A stretch of 63,719 bases of DNA, counting the filler, from Octopus bimaculoides (taxonomy: Eukaryota): NCBI RefSeq assembly GCF_001194135.2. It is 6 parts of 5 records of this genome, joined end to end, with 100 filler letters (N's around TTAATTAATTAA, not from the genome) between each part and the next. Parts side by side here need not be neighbours in the genome. Positions count along the whole stretch, not along the records: positions 32,371 to 42,937 come from NC_069006.1; positions 43,038 to 55,528 come from NC_068982.1; 4 more parts are not named here. One strand, given 5' to 3'. Made by a program: the position numbers and the translations under genes. Position 1 is the stretch's first letter; the number at the start of each line of letters is the position of its first letter. Below, one piece after another: positions 36,402 through 50,738 of the stretch. Below the pieces are notes generated by a model. That model saw nothing but the letters and a program-made list of their open reading frames with translations, was not told where the DNA came from and made no database searches.

Positions 36402-38088
36402 CTGCAATCAGAAACAAAACAAAGAATTCTTAAAATTTCATTCAACCACTGCTGTTCCATACAAACACAACTGGGGACAGGGAGAGAGTGAAAGAGAGAG
36501 AGAGAAACTTAAGGGACCAGATTCATGTATGTGATGGGCTTCTTTCAGTTTCCGTCTACCAAATCCACTCTCAGAGCTTTGGTCAGCCCGAGGCTATAGT
36601 AGAAGATACTTGCCCAAGGTGCCACCATTGTTAACATCAGGTAGCTGAAAACTATGGTTGGGCTTTAAACAGCATAATGCAAGGTGTTTATCCAAATATA
36701 AAATTATTACTTATATGTCTGTGTGTCTTTGTGTCTGTCTCCCACCACCACTTGATAACTGGTGTTGGTGTGTTTATGGCCCCATAACTTAGCAGTTCCA
36801 TAAAAGAAATTTGTAAGTACTAAGTTTAAAAATACAAATAAAGTACTGGGGTCAATTCATTTGACTAAAGATTCAAGGTGGTGCCCCAGCATGGCCAGTC
36901 TAATGACTGAAACATGTAAAAGTTAAGATATTCTTTGCATTGGGAAAGAGGCCCAGCCTTGAATGAATTGTAAAGAATTTTAACAAGTCTAAAGGGCACA
37001 GAGTCTCATATCTGCCTGTACCGTATATACTGGAGAAAACTCAGGATATGCCCTGAAATTTTATGCCTAAACTAAGATTACCAAGATTAGGTTGGCTTTT
37101 AACATCCGGATCTGTAACAAGATAAGTCTGAGTGTCGTGACGAAAGGCAGATTTTTTAGATTATTTCAGCAGAATGCAACACTGAAGGAGAGAAGTGTTT
37201 TTTAAAAATATAAACAAAAAAACACCCCAAAAAATCCATTTGATTTTTTTTTTCTTTATACCTTTAGAAGAAAGACTGCTTGGCATGTCAGTACTTCACC
37301 TCATCTCATAGTACACAAACTTATCTTAATTAACATATTTTATTCACTGTTTTTACTCTATTATTATTACTACTTTACTGCTCTAGATCATAATTGCTTA
37401 TCTCAGTTCCTAATTTTCTTCTTCTCTAATTACATATGTTTGATTACCATACAGGTGTATTTACAATTAATCTTTCTCAGATATCACTCTTGCATTGCGC
37501 CCATGCTGGAGTATTGATTTAAGAGACTTTTAGGGGATTCTACTGACTCCAGTATTTTGGCAGCTGGTTATTTTTTTAACTTATTTTTATAGAATGGCCA
37601 AATCATTCTCTGATGCAAAGGAACATAACTCATGTGGAATAACATTGCAGCATACTTTTTGTTTGATGCACTGATTGCCAGCAATGTTGACCCTCTCTCA
37701 TATATATGTCGTACCTTGGCTAAATGCCTTCTACTATGGCACTGGGCCAACCAAAGCCTTGTGAGTGGATTTGGAAGATGGAAACTGAAAGAAGCCTATC
37801 GTGTATATAAATTTGTGTGTGTGTGTGTGTCTGGCTCTCTCACAACATCACCACTTGGCAACTGGTGTTGGTTTGTTTACAGCCCTGTAACTTAAGGGTT
37901 TGGCAAAAGAGACCGATACAAGTACTTGAATTAAAAGAAATAAGTCCTGGAGTCGATTAGTTTGACTAAAAAACCCTTCAAGGTGGTGCTCCAGCATGGC
38001 CGCAGTCAATTGACTGTGATTAGTAAAAAAAAAAAAATAAAAAAATAAACAGAAGACAAAGTTTAGAGAAAATGAAGAAAAGTCTTAC

Positions 38089-38175
38089 CAGAGGCCGATG
38101 GGATGTGTCTCTCGGGGTAAAGGTCAGCCAGAAATAAACTGTTGACCAGAGTAGATTTTCCTAAGCCAGACTCCC
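38089..38175 (-). CDS. SEPT2: Septin-2-like exon (87 nt): [29 protein letters not shown]
   Basis: Flanked by AAACAG and GTAAGA. Contains the P-loop GESGLGKS, and DLYPER matches the SEPT2 group. Confidence 0.96.
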
Positions 38176-39479
38176 CTGTTTAATGGAAAAAAATATTTAA
38201 ATACAGAATTATAATTAAAACGAAAAACAAATATGGTAATAAAACAAACACATTAGGGTGGATTAGTCATTGCACGGTAGCCATGGAAACGAGAAAAATT
38301 TGAAAATGAAGCCAAATTAAGAAACGATGTTAATGTTAAAAGAGAGAGATTGATTTATCTGTTTTTGGGTGTTAAGTGTGCAAACAGGATGCGTGAAGAA
38401 ATCTTGACAAAGATCCCTCCATAAACAAACACTAACACCACCAGGTTTTTAAAGATTAGACAAAGTATCAGACATTCAGTAGCTTGCCGTTGCCAGCTCT
38501 TTTACTATTTATTTATCTGTCATTTAACGTCTGTTTTCCATGCTGGTATGGGTTAGATGGTTTTGACAGGAGCTGGCACGTTAAAAGACTATGCCAAGTT
38601 CTACTGCCTGGCACATAAGACATAATCATGCAACTTATGTCCAAATGGAATCGGCAAGGCTCCGGGTTCCATTTGGACATCCAAGACATGATCTCTACCA
38701 TTGTCATTACTCCTTGTTCTGATGGTATTCAGAGCCACAGAAACTGTACAGTTTATAGAAGATGATGATGATGATGGCACAAATAAAAGGGAGTGATGAA
38801 CTACAAGTTGGAAAACTATTGAGCAGCGCCTGTTCTTACACAGAAGTTTCAAGAATTCAGCTCTGCTCCATTCCAACCGATCCATCAAAACCTGGTATTT
38901 CTTTAAATGAATAAACAACACAGTCCCTTTATAACAACCCAACCTCCCTCCTTCCCATGATTGATGACTAAGCAAGAGTATGCTGGTTTATGAATAAACC
39001 AAAACACCACCATCTTATTTCACAACCCTGCTTACAGCCCCCTAATATATACAGCTTTCACATCTCCCATAAACCCATTTCTCTACCCACAAACTTTCTA
39101 AGAATCTGTCAGATTACAGAGGTGGGGATGGAGGCCCTGTCAAAAGTCCCCCCCTCTCCCCACCAGGTTGATAAATGCAAAGAAACTCAAAAACCTCTCA
39201 TGTAGTTACCTGACCAGAAATGCAGCTCCTGATACCAACTCAAACCTGTCTCTTAATCTAATCCTAACAACGTTTTCAATTCAGTTCATTATGACTCAGT
39301 CTATCAATTTATGGTTTCTACCATGAATACCCTCCCTCCCCCCACTACTTCAGTGCATCTGTTCCTTTGATGATGATGATGTGTTAGTGAGAGGACAGGG
39401 GACATAACTGCTTTCTTACCACAATGACTAAACAATCAGCTAACAAAGTTTTGTCTACATTTTACCCTCTGGGGCACAA

Positions 39480-39760
39480 GTCAGGACAAAGTTGTTTATA
39501 GAAGATCAGCAGTTGCTCATGCATACCAGACTCCCCTCCTTTCCATGCCACCAATGTTATCCAAGGACAAGGCAAAGGGGTCAATACAGTTTGGCACCAG
39601 TGACTTCACAACTCATTTCTACAGCTGAGTGAACTGGAGCAATGTGAAAATAAAGTGTCTTGCTCAAGAACACAACACACAGCCCAGTCTGGGAATTGAA
39701 CTCGCTACCTCATGATTGTGAGCCCAACACTAACCACCGAACCATGTGCCAAAAACCACA
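39480..39760 (-). mobile_element. tRNA-headed SINE family D
   Basis: Reverse complement of the copy at 56020-56350 (TTGTGTTCTTGAGCAAGACACTTTATTTCACATTG.TCCAGTTCACTCAGCTGTAGAAA). Confidence 0.75.
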
Positions 39761-39888
39761 TGGCTGTTTCAACAATGTCCCCTAAAACCCTCGAAGATGG
39801 TGGCCCAGCAAAGCTACACAGTCTAGTGAATAAGAACCGATAACATCATTAAAAGAATCCAGGAATAGATGGGTATTGTCTTACTTAC

Positions 39889-39994
39889 CAACCACAAGTA
39901 GAGTAAACTCAAAACCCTTCTTCACAGATTTCCTGTGAACCTGGTTGGGAAGATTGGCAAATCCTACATAACCAATCTGCTCGGGGTTAACAAA
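39889..39994 (-). CDS. SEPT2: Septin-2-like exon (106 nt): [36 protein letters not shown]
   Basis: Flanked by ATTTCAG and GTAAGT. Contains the hallmark [22 protein letters not shown]. It starts in phase 0, so the start codon lies in an unidentified upstream exon. Confidence 0.96.
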
Positions 39995-42496
39995 CTGAAA
40001 TTAGAAGGAAAAAAGGAAAATGGAAAAATATATTGCAACATGAATATTTNNNNNNNNNNNNNNNNNNNNNNNNNNNNNNNNNNNNNNNNNNNNNNNNNNN
40101 NNNNNNNNNNNNNNNNNNNNNNNNNNNNNNNNNNNNNNNNNNNNNNNNNNNNNNNNNNNNNNNNNNNNNNNNNNNNNNNNNNNNNNNNNNNNNNNNNNNN
40201 NNNNNNNNNNNNNNNNNNNNNNNNNNNNNNNNNNNNNNNNNNNNNNNNNNNNNNNNNNNNNNNNNNNNNNNNNNNNNNNNNNNNNNNNNNNNNNNNNNNN
40301 NNNNNNNNNNNNNNNNNNNNNNNNNNNNNNNNNNNNNNNNNNNNNNNNNNNNNNNNNNNNNNNNNNNNNNNNNNNNNNNNNNNNNNNNNNNNNNNNNNNN
40401 NNNNNNNNNNNNNNNNNNNNNNNNNNNNNNNNNNNNNNNNNNNNNNNNNNNNNNNNNNNNNNNNNNNNNNNNNNNNNNNNNNNNNNNNNNNNNNNNNNNN
40501 NNNNNNNNNNNNNNNNNNNNNNNNNNNNNNNNNNNNNNNNNNNNNNNNNNNNNNNNNNNNNNNNNNNNNNNNNNNNNNNNNNNNNNNNNNNNNNNNNNNN
40601 NNNNNNNNNNNNNNNNNNNNNNNNNNNNNNNNNNNNNNNNNNNNNNNNNNNNNNNNNNNNNNNNNNNNNNNNNNNNNNNNNNNNNNNNNNNNNNNNNNNN
40701 NNNNNNNNNNNNNACTTCATCCTTTCTCCCTCTCTCTGCCCTCATCATTGCTAGAAATTGGAGCCGCTTTCCTCTTTGCCTTCCCAAGACACCTTCACAT
40801 CCTCCATCAAAGCAGTGATACTATGTCACCTGCATCCCCAACACCCCCCCCCCACTCCATTCTACCAACTCACCACCACCACCACCACCACAATAATAAT
40901 AATAATCCTCATATTACACTACCATTCTCATCCATCACCACCACCACCACCACCACACACTGACCAGTGGTCACCAAACATCATCACAAAGACCACTACA
41001 AACAGCAGCAGAAGCTAAACAGTTAGTGAGACTTTTACATGGTTGCTTGGCCTGCTAGAAATAGGAGCAAAATCTCTACCAAATTACACCTTACTGCCTT
41101 GAACAAAGGAGGAAACTTTGGACAATGTGTAGTCCTAGATATACCAAGACAAAGCTGGAATGCTCATCGTTTGAACAACACTCACAGGTCAGCTGACCTG
41201 GAACTGTTCAGTCGTGTCTGTTTGTCCGTGGACAAGATATCTCAAGAACTGCTAGACGGATTCAGATGAAACTTCCAGGGATGTTTGGCCTTGTGACTGG
41301 CACAAACTGGTTAGATTTGGGGATCAATCCAGTACCTGACAAGGAATCTGGATTAACTTTCCGTTTTTATTTATTTTTACTTTTTGTATTTTTGAGAGCA
41401 GTTGAGTTTATTTCAGATATTCTCATTTTAAAAATCCTCTCTGGCTAATCATTGAGAGGACATTGGTGTTGCCTTGGCAGAGGTTTGCACTCTCGTGAGG
41501 CAGCAGAAATGTTAGAATTTCATCCATCTTTATGTTGAGTTCAAATGAAGGTGTGAATTATTTTCCAAATGAAACTTGCACAAGTTGCCTGCAAACTGTT
41601 AAAGCATAAGTGTTACTGATGGTAACTGGCATGGCGATAGTAATAGTAGTGGTGGTGGTGGTGGTGGTGCAGGCGGTAGTAGTTAATGAGAGAATGAGTG
41701 TCAACCCCCCACCCCACCCCTGCTCCCTTTCGTAATAAACACTGCTGTGCAAGTTTGCACTGTATACTCTCATTTATACCCCGAAGTAACTTGCCAGCTG
41801 AGTGGGAGGAGGGAGAGAGGGAGAGAGGGTGAAAGGGGCGGACGGACGGACGGACGGACAGACAGGTTCCTCGTTTAAGGTTCTTGGTTACCACAGTGCA
41901 AATATTGTGTGTCAATATATATATGTATTTATGAGTAGATTGTAATGCGTGTGTGAGGCAAAGGATAAATAACTGCGGCAGAGCATGTCTGCTTCTAAGT
42001 GTGTGTGTAGTATTATGTGATTGAATGGATGGGCGAGAGCGTGTGCACGCATGGTGTGTGTGTGTGTGTGTGCATGGGAGGCTGTGTGTGTGTGTGTGTG
42101 ACTAAATACAACATATGTGTGTGTGTGTGTGTGTGTGAGAGACAGAGGAAAGAATGTGGTGGGGAGAGGAAAAGTGAGAAGCAAATATATTTCGATTGCA
42201 GTTTCAACTGTGGCAGACTGCTGCTGCAGTTTGATGACAAAGCACGGCGGTGGTGGTAGTGGTGCATCCTGCATATATCAAGTGGTGGTGGTGGTGGTGG
42301 AGGAATTAGGAAGAGACAGATCTTAGACGACGTGTGTGTGTGTGGGAAAGAACTGTAGATAAATAAAGTTGGGAGACAAGACAATGGGAAGAAGAGGGAA
42401 ACGAGATGGAGACAGAGAGAGAGGAAAACTGCAAAAAGAAGGGGAGGCGGGGACCAATGGAAGACTATCAAAGCCTGATAGATATAGTGAGGAGAT

Positions 42497-42528
<32 letters not shown>

Positions 42529-42579
42529 GATAGAGAAGAGAGAGAGAGATAGAGACAGAGAGGGGAGAGAGAGAGAGAT

Positions 42580-42618
<39 letters not shown>

Positions 42619-42937
42619 TAGAGCGAGACAGAGAGGGAGAGAAGAGAGGGAGAGGAAGAGAGGAGAGGGAGAGGAAGATAGAGGAGACAGAGACTGAGAG
42701 AGAAAGATAGACACAGAGAGAATGCGAGAGAGACGCAGAATATAGAGGTAGACAGAGACACAAAAAAACAAAATTTGTCCAAGTGAGCATCAGAAATATT
42801 GATTAATGAAATTACTAACGAACGCTAGAGGGAATGGGGAAAGGGGGGGAACTGAAGTATATTAATGGAGTTTGTGAATGCTAACGAACTACATAATTAT
42901 GATGATGATTTTGATTACAATGCTGCCAATGGTAGAG

Positions 42938-43037
42938 NNNNNNNNNNNNNNNNNNNNNNNNNNNNNNNNNNNNNNNNNNNNTTAATTAATTAANNNNNNN
43001 NNNNNNNNNNNNNNNNNNNNNNNNNNNNNNNNNNNNN
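42938..43037. other. Artificial 100-bp scaffold spacer
   Basis: 44 N + TTAATTAATTAA + 44 N. Confidence 0.95.
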
Positions 43038-43072
<35 letters not shown>

Positions 43073-43569
43073 TACACATATATGTATGTATAATGCTTTT
43101 ACTTAGGTATAGTGATACTAATACCCAGTTGTTAGAACCCAGCATACATATCCCTTAGTGGATGGAAAGCATTTGGCAGGTACAATTGAATACGATGTCA
43201 GGGCTAAATTTGATGGCCATATTTGTCTCTTTTTTTTACAGAAACAGCTTGATGTATTGGTGAACACTCACCGGTGTTGGAAAGCATAAAGATTAAAGCT
43301 GTAGTTGAGAAGAAGTTAAGTGACATGGGGAACTTGAAGCCATCTAAATATTGACAAAGAATTACTTGTATCAGGATGATTTGTGTTGGGTGTCAAAATG
43401 CTGACATTATGACTGCTGCTCAATACTCTGTAGAAAACTCTAAAGATTGTAAGGTGCAACAGAGAATATAAAACTGTGGCCAGCAGGAAGAGACACAGCA
43501 GGCATTCTGGCTACATCTGCATGCTAGAATTCATCCCCACATCTTTGAACAGAGCCTTAGGTTCAATTC

Positions 43570-43860
43570 AGATTGATATACCTTCCAGCCTTCAACAAGT
43601 GTATTGGGGAAATCTCGAACCTGGGTTCTCATTCCCAAGGTATTTTTCGATTTTATTATTATTTTCATTATTATTATTATTATTCAGGTCACTGCCTGGA
43701 ATNNNNNNNNNNACCCAGGTTCAAAATTTCCCCAATACACCTGATGAAGGCTGGAGGGTATAGCAGCTGAAATGTTGTATTAACAACAAACAAGTTGAGG
43801 ACAAATATCCGTCAAATGTAAATAATGTAAATAATGTAAATAATTCCTCATCTCTTAAAT
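43570..43860. mobile_element. Penelope-like terminal-repeat remnant in an inverted arrangement, with a hammerhead-like core
   Basis: ~43575-43630 is an inverted copy of ~43713-43770. The + copy contains CTGATGA-AGGCTG...CAGCT-GAAA-TGTT. Confidence 0.55.
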
Positions 43861-44500
43861 ATAGAACAGAATTTTGCTTGTTGTAAGACAGGTTATGCAT
43901 TAGGCAAACAGAGTAACGTTTCTTGATTTTGACTGCAGTTCAGTGGCTCAGTGACTGACCACAGCAAAAGATCAATAAGTTAAGCAATCCTTATGATGAT
44001 GATGGTGTAGTCTTGTACCTGGCCAGCTCCTGATATCACCATCATCATTGCCATACTCATCATTTAGTGCCCATGTTCCATGCTGGCATGGGTTGGACAG
44101 TTTGAGAGGAAATGTTACTTTCAGATAAGAAAACTGCATGAAATTATGGCATAGATTTATAGCCATATACATACATGCATAAACGCATGTATGTATATAT
44201 GTGTGTGTCTGTCTGTCTGTATGTATGTATGTATGTATGTATGTATGTATGTATGCATGTATACGTAGTTATAAAGTAAAAAATGAATCCAAGGAGAGAT
44301 GTATTAGTTTGGAAAAAGCAACAGAAGTTGAGAGAAATTTCCAAAATTTCCGCTGGAGTGGAATACAAGGGAATACTGTTTTTAGCCCTGCCATCTTAGA
44401 ACCCTGATAAAGGGCTCTCTCCCAAATATCAGATACGCTATATTCACCTTCACAGTTTCACTGTATTTTTACATTTGTTTTCCTAAATAATATATCTAAG

Positions 44501-44548
<48 letters not shown>

Positions 44549-45452
44549 CCAATGTTCCATGCTGGCATGGGTTGGACACTATGAGAGGACCCAGCATGTC
44601 AAAGGACAGCATCGTGCTCCAATATCTGTTTTGATATGGCTTGTACAGCTTGATGTCCTCCCTAATGTCAACCATTATATTGCAAGGACCGGGTACCTTT
44701 ATTTTTTTTTTGTGCCATCTGTATTATAGAGGTCACCATAGAATTTGAAGAAGAGCAAAAACCCTTGGTGTGGCATGGCTTGGCTTCAGATTAATTGATG
44801 AAAGATTGAACTATGAAAAGCTGGTGGTGAGTGCAGGTTTTGGTAGAGGATCTGCATGGCTACTCACATCAAATAGGGGCAAGGAAGAGAAGGAGAAAGT
44901 GAACAGTAGGAGCTGTTAGAGATAGATAGTAGCAATGAGGAGCCTGGGTGGCTCTACAAGATACAAGGTGAGATAAAGAATCGGTTTGCAAGACTGTATG
45001 AGAATGAGAATGAGGGGTTGGGGAATGGGGAGAGGAAAGCAGACAGTTAGAATGAGTAGTGTTGATGGGCAAGGAACCATGAGTTGGAGGGGGGGGATAG
45101 AGGGATACAGAAGAGAGTGGGAAGAAGCAAACATGCACACAAACACACACACACACACAGATAGAAATATGCAACTACATATACGTATACATACATACAT
45201 ACATAAATATACGTATACATATATATATGTTATACACACACATATATACACACATATTGTATATACATACACAAATATTGTATGTGTGTGTGTAAATTTA
45301 TAAATATATATCATCATCATCATATATATATATTTGTGTGCGTGCATGTGAAGAGAGAGAGAGAGAGAGTGTGTATGAGAGAGAGAGATTGAGTATATAT
45401 TTATCAATGTGTGACCATGTATAAACACACACACACACACATGTATATATCC

Positions 45453-45544
<92 letters not shown>

Positions 45545-46391
45545 CATATGCACACACACATACACATGTTTATATATACATACTTGTCTATAAAACTCTG
45601 TACATATACATATACATACACACACTCACTCAACCACATGCATGACTATACAATGTATTTGATTCATCTATGTATGCATGCATGTGCATATTCCTATGCA
45701 TTCTGCATCCATATTTTCCTTCGCTGCATTCCAGAACAGAACATGCAGCACCAACCCAAATAAAGCACAAGTTTCTTCCAGTTTATTCTTAAGTGGAAAT
45801 ATATGAAAGTCGATGCAATCATTAGAGTTTGAACTAGTCAAGCAGCCCCAAATTTTAAAACATAAAATCATTATGTATATATACCTCTATATACACTTAC
45901 GCAAACATGTTTACATGTATGTGTGCTTTTTCTTGTCATCAATATGGGTACATATGTGACTTACATGTATACCCATTAGGGAAAGTAAAAGTATATATGT
46001 GTATCTTTCTCCCTCTCTCTGTGTCTATAGATAAACACAGACAGATGTGAGTGTGTGCGTGTGTGTGTCTGTATACAAATATTTCTTTCACATTTTCAAA
46101 GAACACAGTAGGGAATGGTTGCTTTTGTGTTTTTGTTTTTTTTGCAGCCTTTGAATAAGAGCATGTGTGCCTTTATCATACACATATACATATATAATAT
46201 ACATACATACATACATACATATTATAATGAAGGTATATATTTATATAAGGAGTTTATGCCTCAGTATGACTGCATTCCTAAGACTAAAGCCATTAAAAGG
46301 TAGATATATATGGAGAAGGATGGATGGATAGAGAGACAGACAGACAGACAAATGGATGGATAGATAGATAGATAGATAGATGGATAGATGA

Positions 46392-46429
<38 letters not shown>

Positions 46430-46588
46430 CGATAGATAGATAGATAGACAGGCATATAGACAGGAATATAGACAGGCAGATAGATAGGTAGATGGACAGA
46501 TATCTTTCTTTTATTAGCCACACAGGGCTGCATACAGAGGGGACAAATACAGATAGATAGATGGGATAGATAGATGGATAGATAGAAT

Positions 46589-46629
<41 letters not shown>

Positions 46630-48199
46630 CTAACTTTCTTTATTGGCCATACAGGGCTGAACATAGAGGGGACAAATACAAATGCAGAGCTTTTCTTTTA
46701 GAAAATGAAAAAAAGGGGGAAAATAAGAAAAGAAAAGTAAAATTCCGATCAAAAGGGATCAGGAGGGAAAACAAAGAAAAGACAGATAGATGGATGGATG
46801 GATGGATGGATGGATGGATAAATAGATAGTTAGATGACAGAAGACAGACATATAATGTTTCAGTGGAAATTTTCAAATGAAAGAAAGAGACCAAAGAGAG
46901 AGAGAATGAAAGCAGTTATCAAGTGAGAGAGGGGGAATGAAAGAGACAATCAAGTGTGAGAGAGGGAGTGTGAGTATGTGTCTGTGTGTGAGTGTGTTTG
47001 AAATAGGGAGAGAGAAAGCGAGTGAATGCTAGATAGCCTACATGTCATATGAAAATTATGCCATAGCCACCTATATGTCATACCAAAATTATGCCATAAC
47101 CACCTATATATTTAGTTAGATAATCTATATGCTAAATAATATTAAACAGATACTATTTTTTTAAAGCACACACTAACAAAATACCGAACTGCAAATGCGC
47201 AAACATACAAGACATGCAAACACACATACTTGTGTATATACAAAAATATTTGCACGCACAAAACATGCACAAGTGTTAATCACTTATTACTGTTGGCTCA
47301 TGAAGTTGCTGTTTAACCACCGGTCAGCCTTGATTGAGTAAAACTAAGGTAGTGATCACAGGCATTCTGTTTATGTCAGTTCTATCTGGGTTTTTTTTTT
47401 GTTTTGTTTGTTTTTCTTTTTTCAGTTTCATTTTTTTTTTTTTTTAAAGATATGCAGAAATACATCATTTTATGATGTATTTCCTCATGTAAAACCTTAA
47501 AGAAGATGTGGTTTGAGGTACAATTACCTGTTATTTCTAGCAGGCTGAGAGCATTGCATAAAAAGCCTAGCTCCCTCACCAACTACCAGCCTTGCTGCAG
47601 TGCTGTCTCTTACATGTACATGTGAATAAGAGANNNNNNNNNNNNNNNNNNNNNNNNNNNNNNNNNNNNNNNNNNNNNNNNNNNNNNNNNNNNNNNNNNN
47701 NNNNNNNNNNNNNNNNNNNNNNNNNNNNNNNNNNNNNNNNNNNNNNNNNNNNNNNNNNNNNNNNNNNNNNNNNNNNNNNNNNNNNNNNNNNNNNNNNNNN
47801 NNNNNNNNNNNNNNNNNNNNNNNNNNNNNNNNNNNNNNNNNNNNNNNNNNNNNNNNNNNNNNNNNNNNNNNNNNNNNNNNNNNNNNNNNNNNNNNNNNNN
47901 NNNNNNNNNNNNNNNNNNNNNNNNNNNNNNNNNNNNNNNNNNNNNNNNNNNNNNNNNNNNNNNNNNNNNNNNNNNNNNNNNNNNNNNNNNNNNNNNNNNN
48001 NNNNNNNNNNNNNNNNNNNNNNNNNNNNNNNNNNNNNNNNNNNNNNNNNNNNNNNNNNNNNNNNNNNNNNNNNNNNNNNNNNNNNNNNNNNNNNNNNNNN
48101 NNNNNNNNNNNNNNNNNNNNNNNNNNNNNNNNNNNNNNNNNNNNNNNNNNNNNNNNNNNNNNNNNNNNNNNNNNNNNNNNNNNNNNNNNNNNNNNTGTG

Positions 48200-48245
<46 letters not shown>

Positions 48246-48329
48246 CAGGTGTGTATGTGCATTCTCTATGTACATATATAAGAACATATATGTGTCTGTA
48301 TGGATAGATGAATAGATAGATAGATAGAC

Positions 48330-48372
<43 letters not shown>

Positions 48373-48703
48373 CAGATATATAGATAGATAGATACATACA
48401 TACATACATACATACATACATAAATGCATACATACATAAATACATACATACATGCACCCATTATTTATATATATATATATATATATACGTGTGAATGAAC
48501 AGTAATGTAGGTATTGCATATAAAATGTACTTAGTTAGTTTTACACTTACAGGTGATTGTATGCATGCACACACACACATAACAGTGGAAGAAATCAACC
48601 TAGAAAAAGCCTAGCCAATCCAAAGATCGATAGTAATTGATATTCCATATAAAAAAAATACATACATGCGCATATTTACATACGCATACACACCTTCATG
48701 CAG

Positions 48704-48734
<31 letters not shown>

Positions 48735-49430
48735 CACTTACAAATATACAAACATACATATATATACTTATATAAATATATTTATACATATATACATATA
48801 CTTATACATATATACATATATATATATTTGCATATATATATATGTATATATATCTATATATNNNNNNNNNNNNNNNNNNNNNNNNNNNNNNNNNNNNNNN
48901 NNNNNNNNNNNNNNNNNNNNNNNNNNNNNNNNNNNNNNNNNNNNNNNNNNNNNNNNNNNNNNNNNNNNNNNNNNNNNNNNNNNNNNNNNNNNNNNNNNNN
49001 NNNNNNNNNNNNNNNNNNNNNNNNNNNNNNNNNNNNNNNNNNNNNNNNNNNNNNNNNNNNNNNNNNNNNNNNNNNNNNNNNNNNNNNNNNNNNNNNNNNN
49101 NNNNNNNNNNNNNNNNNNNNNNNNNNNNNNNNNNNNNNNNNNNNNNNNNNNNNNNNNNNNNNNNNNNNNNNNNNNNNNNNNNNNNNNNNNNNNNNNNNNN
49201 NNNNNNNNNNNNNNNNNNNNNNNNNNNNNNNNNNNNNNACCTGTGCGCATGTGTGCGTGTGTGTGCATGTGTGTGTGTGTGTGTGTGTATATATGTGTGT
49301 GTGTGTGTGCATTGTTAAGAAAAATAGGGAAACTGAAATATTTGTGTCTGTCAGCCTTTCTCTCTCTCTTCCCCCTCTCTCTCCCTCCCTATATATATAT
49401 ATGTGTATGTATATGTATGTATATGTATGC

Positions 49431-49472
<42 letters not shown>

Positions 49473-49848
49473 ATACACACACACACACACACACACACAT
49501 AAACTAATACACCTGTACACCTGCTTGTTGTTCGTTCACTTGTCTTTGTCTTTTGTTTTTTGTAAATTTGAACTACATATGTATATATATATAAATTAAC
49601 AAATACAACATACACACACATACATACATACATACATACATACAAACATATTTATACATACACACTCAGGAAACAATTTTTTTGCACAGCGCATTTGCAA
49701 AATTTTCTCTTCATTATTCTGTTTGTTATTTACACACACATAAGTACATTTTATATATATATCTATATCTATATATATATATACTTACATGCATATATGT
49801 ATATCATTATGACTTAATAAACTGCAAGATACATACAGGTAAATGTAT

Positions 49849-49902
<54 letters not shown>

Positions 49903-50738
49903 AGGTGTTGAGTTTGGTTTCCTGCCATGTTCTTTGTAGCAGTGCGAACCTCAATGTGTTAGGTTTCAGAAATAAATGTTAGCAAGGTTGGAAATGCAAA
50001 AAGGAAAGAAAGAAATTGTTTAAACAAACATGCTTTGTCAAATGATATCTTGAATAAAATGCCACATCTCCGCTCATAGCATATCTGCATTATATCATTG
50101 TCTAGCATCTTGTTTCCCATGCTGGCATGGGCTGGACAGTTTGTCAGGATCCAGCAAGCTGCAAGGCTGCAACAAGCCCCAATGTCTCTTTGTCATGTTT
50201 TCTACGACTGGATACCTGTCCTAATGCCAACCACCTTACAGTGTGCGTGTGCATGTGTGTGTGTTAATCTTTTGACAGACACCCTCTGTCTCTGTGTTAT
50301 ATGAAGCAACTGAGAAGCTTGGAAGGAGAAAGAGTATCTCACTGTGGAGCACTTTGTTGGAAAAATCTATTCATGTGATGCCATTATGGAAAAAACATAT
50401 GTAAAATGATAAGGATGATAATGATGATATTGATGATCGTAATGATAATGGTCATTTTCAGATGACAGAAATGGCAGAGACTCAGACATGAGACCTAGTG
50501 GTATCTGTTCTTGCTCTTTTCCATTCTTATAGCACTGCCTGGAACATGGCTAGTCTTAAGCTATACCATTTGCTTCAAGGTAGAAGCATTTCCTTATTCA
50601 CAACATCAATGGCACAGAGAGAAGTGTCTTTCATATGCATGGGCAAATACTATCAGTCTTCCATAAAAACTCTTTGTACAGGTCAGAATATACACACACA
50701 GACACAGAATCAACTCTGACCAACAGAGACCCCTAAAT

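Noticed and set aside
40793-40807. ATG GAG GAT GTG AAG|GTGTCT on - as the septin first coding exon (MEDVK, phase 0)
   Set aside because: The phase fits, but the donor is weak and 15 nt can match by chance. A 665-bp gap and other candidates lie nearby. It needs cDNA evidence.
47528-47602. 75-nt minus-strand AG...GT segment (TAARLVVGEGARLFMQCSQPARNN)
   Set aside because: No polypyrimidine tract, no recognisable homology, and it lies in a different scaffold piece from the septin exons.
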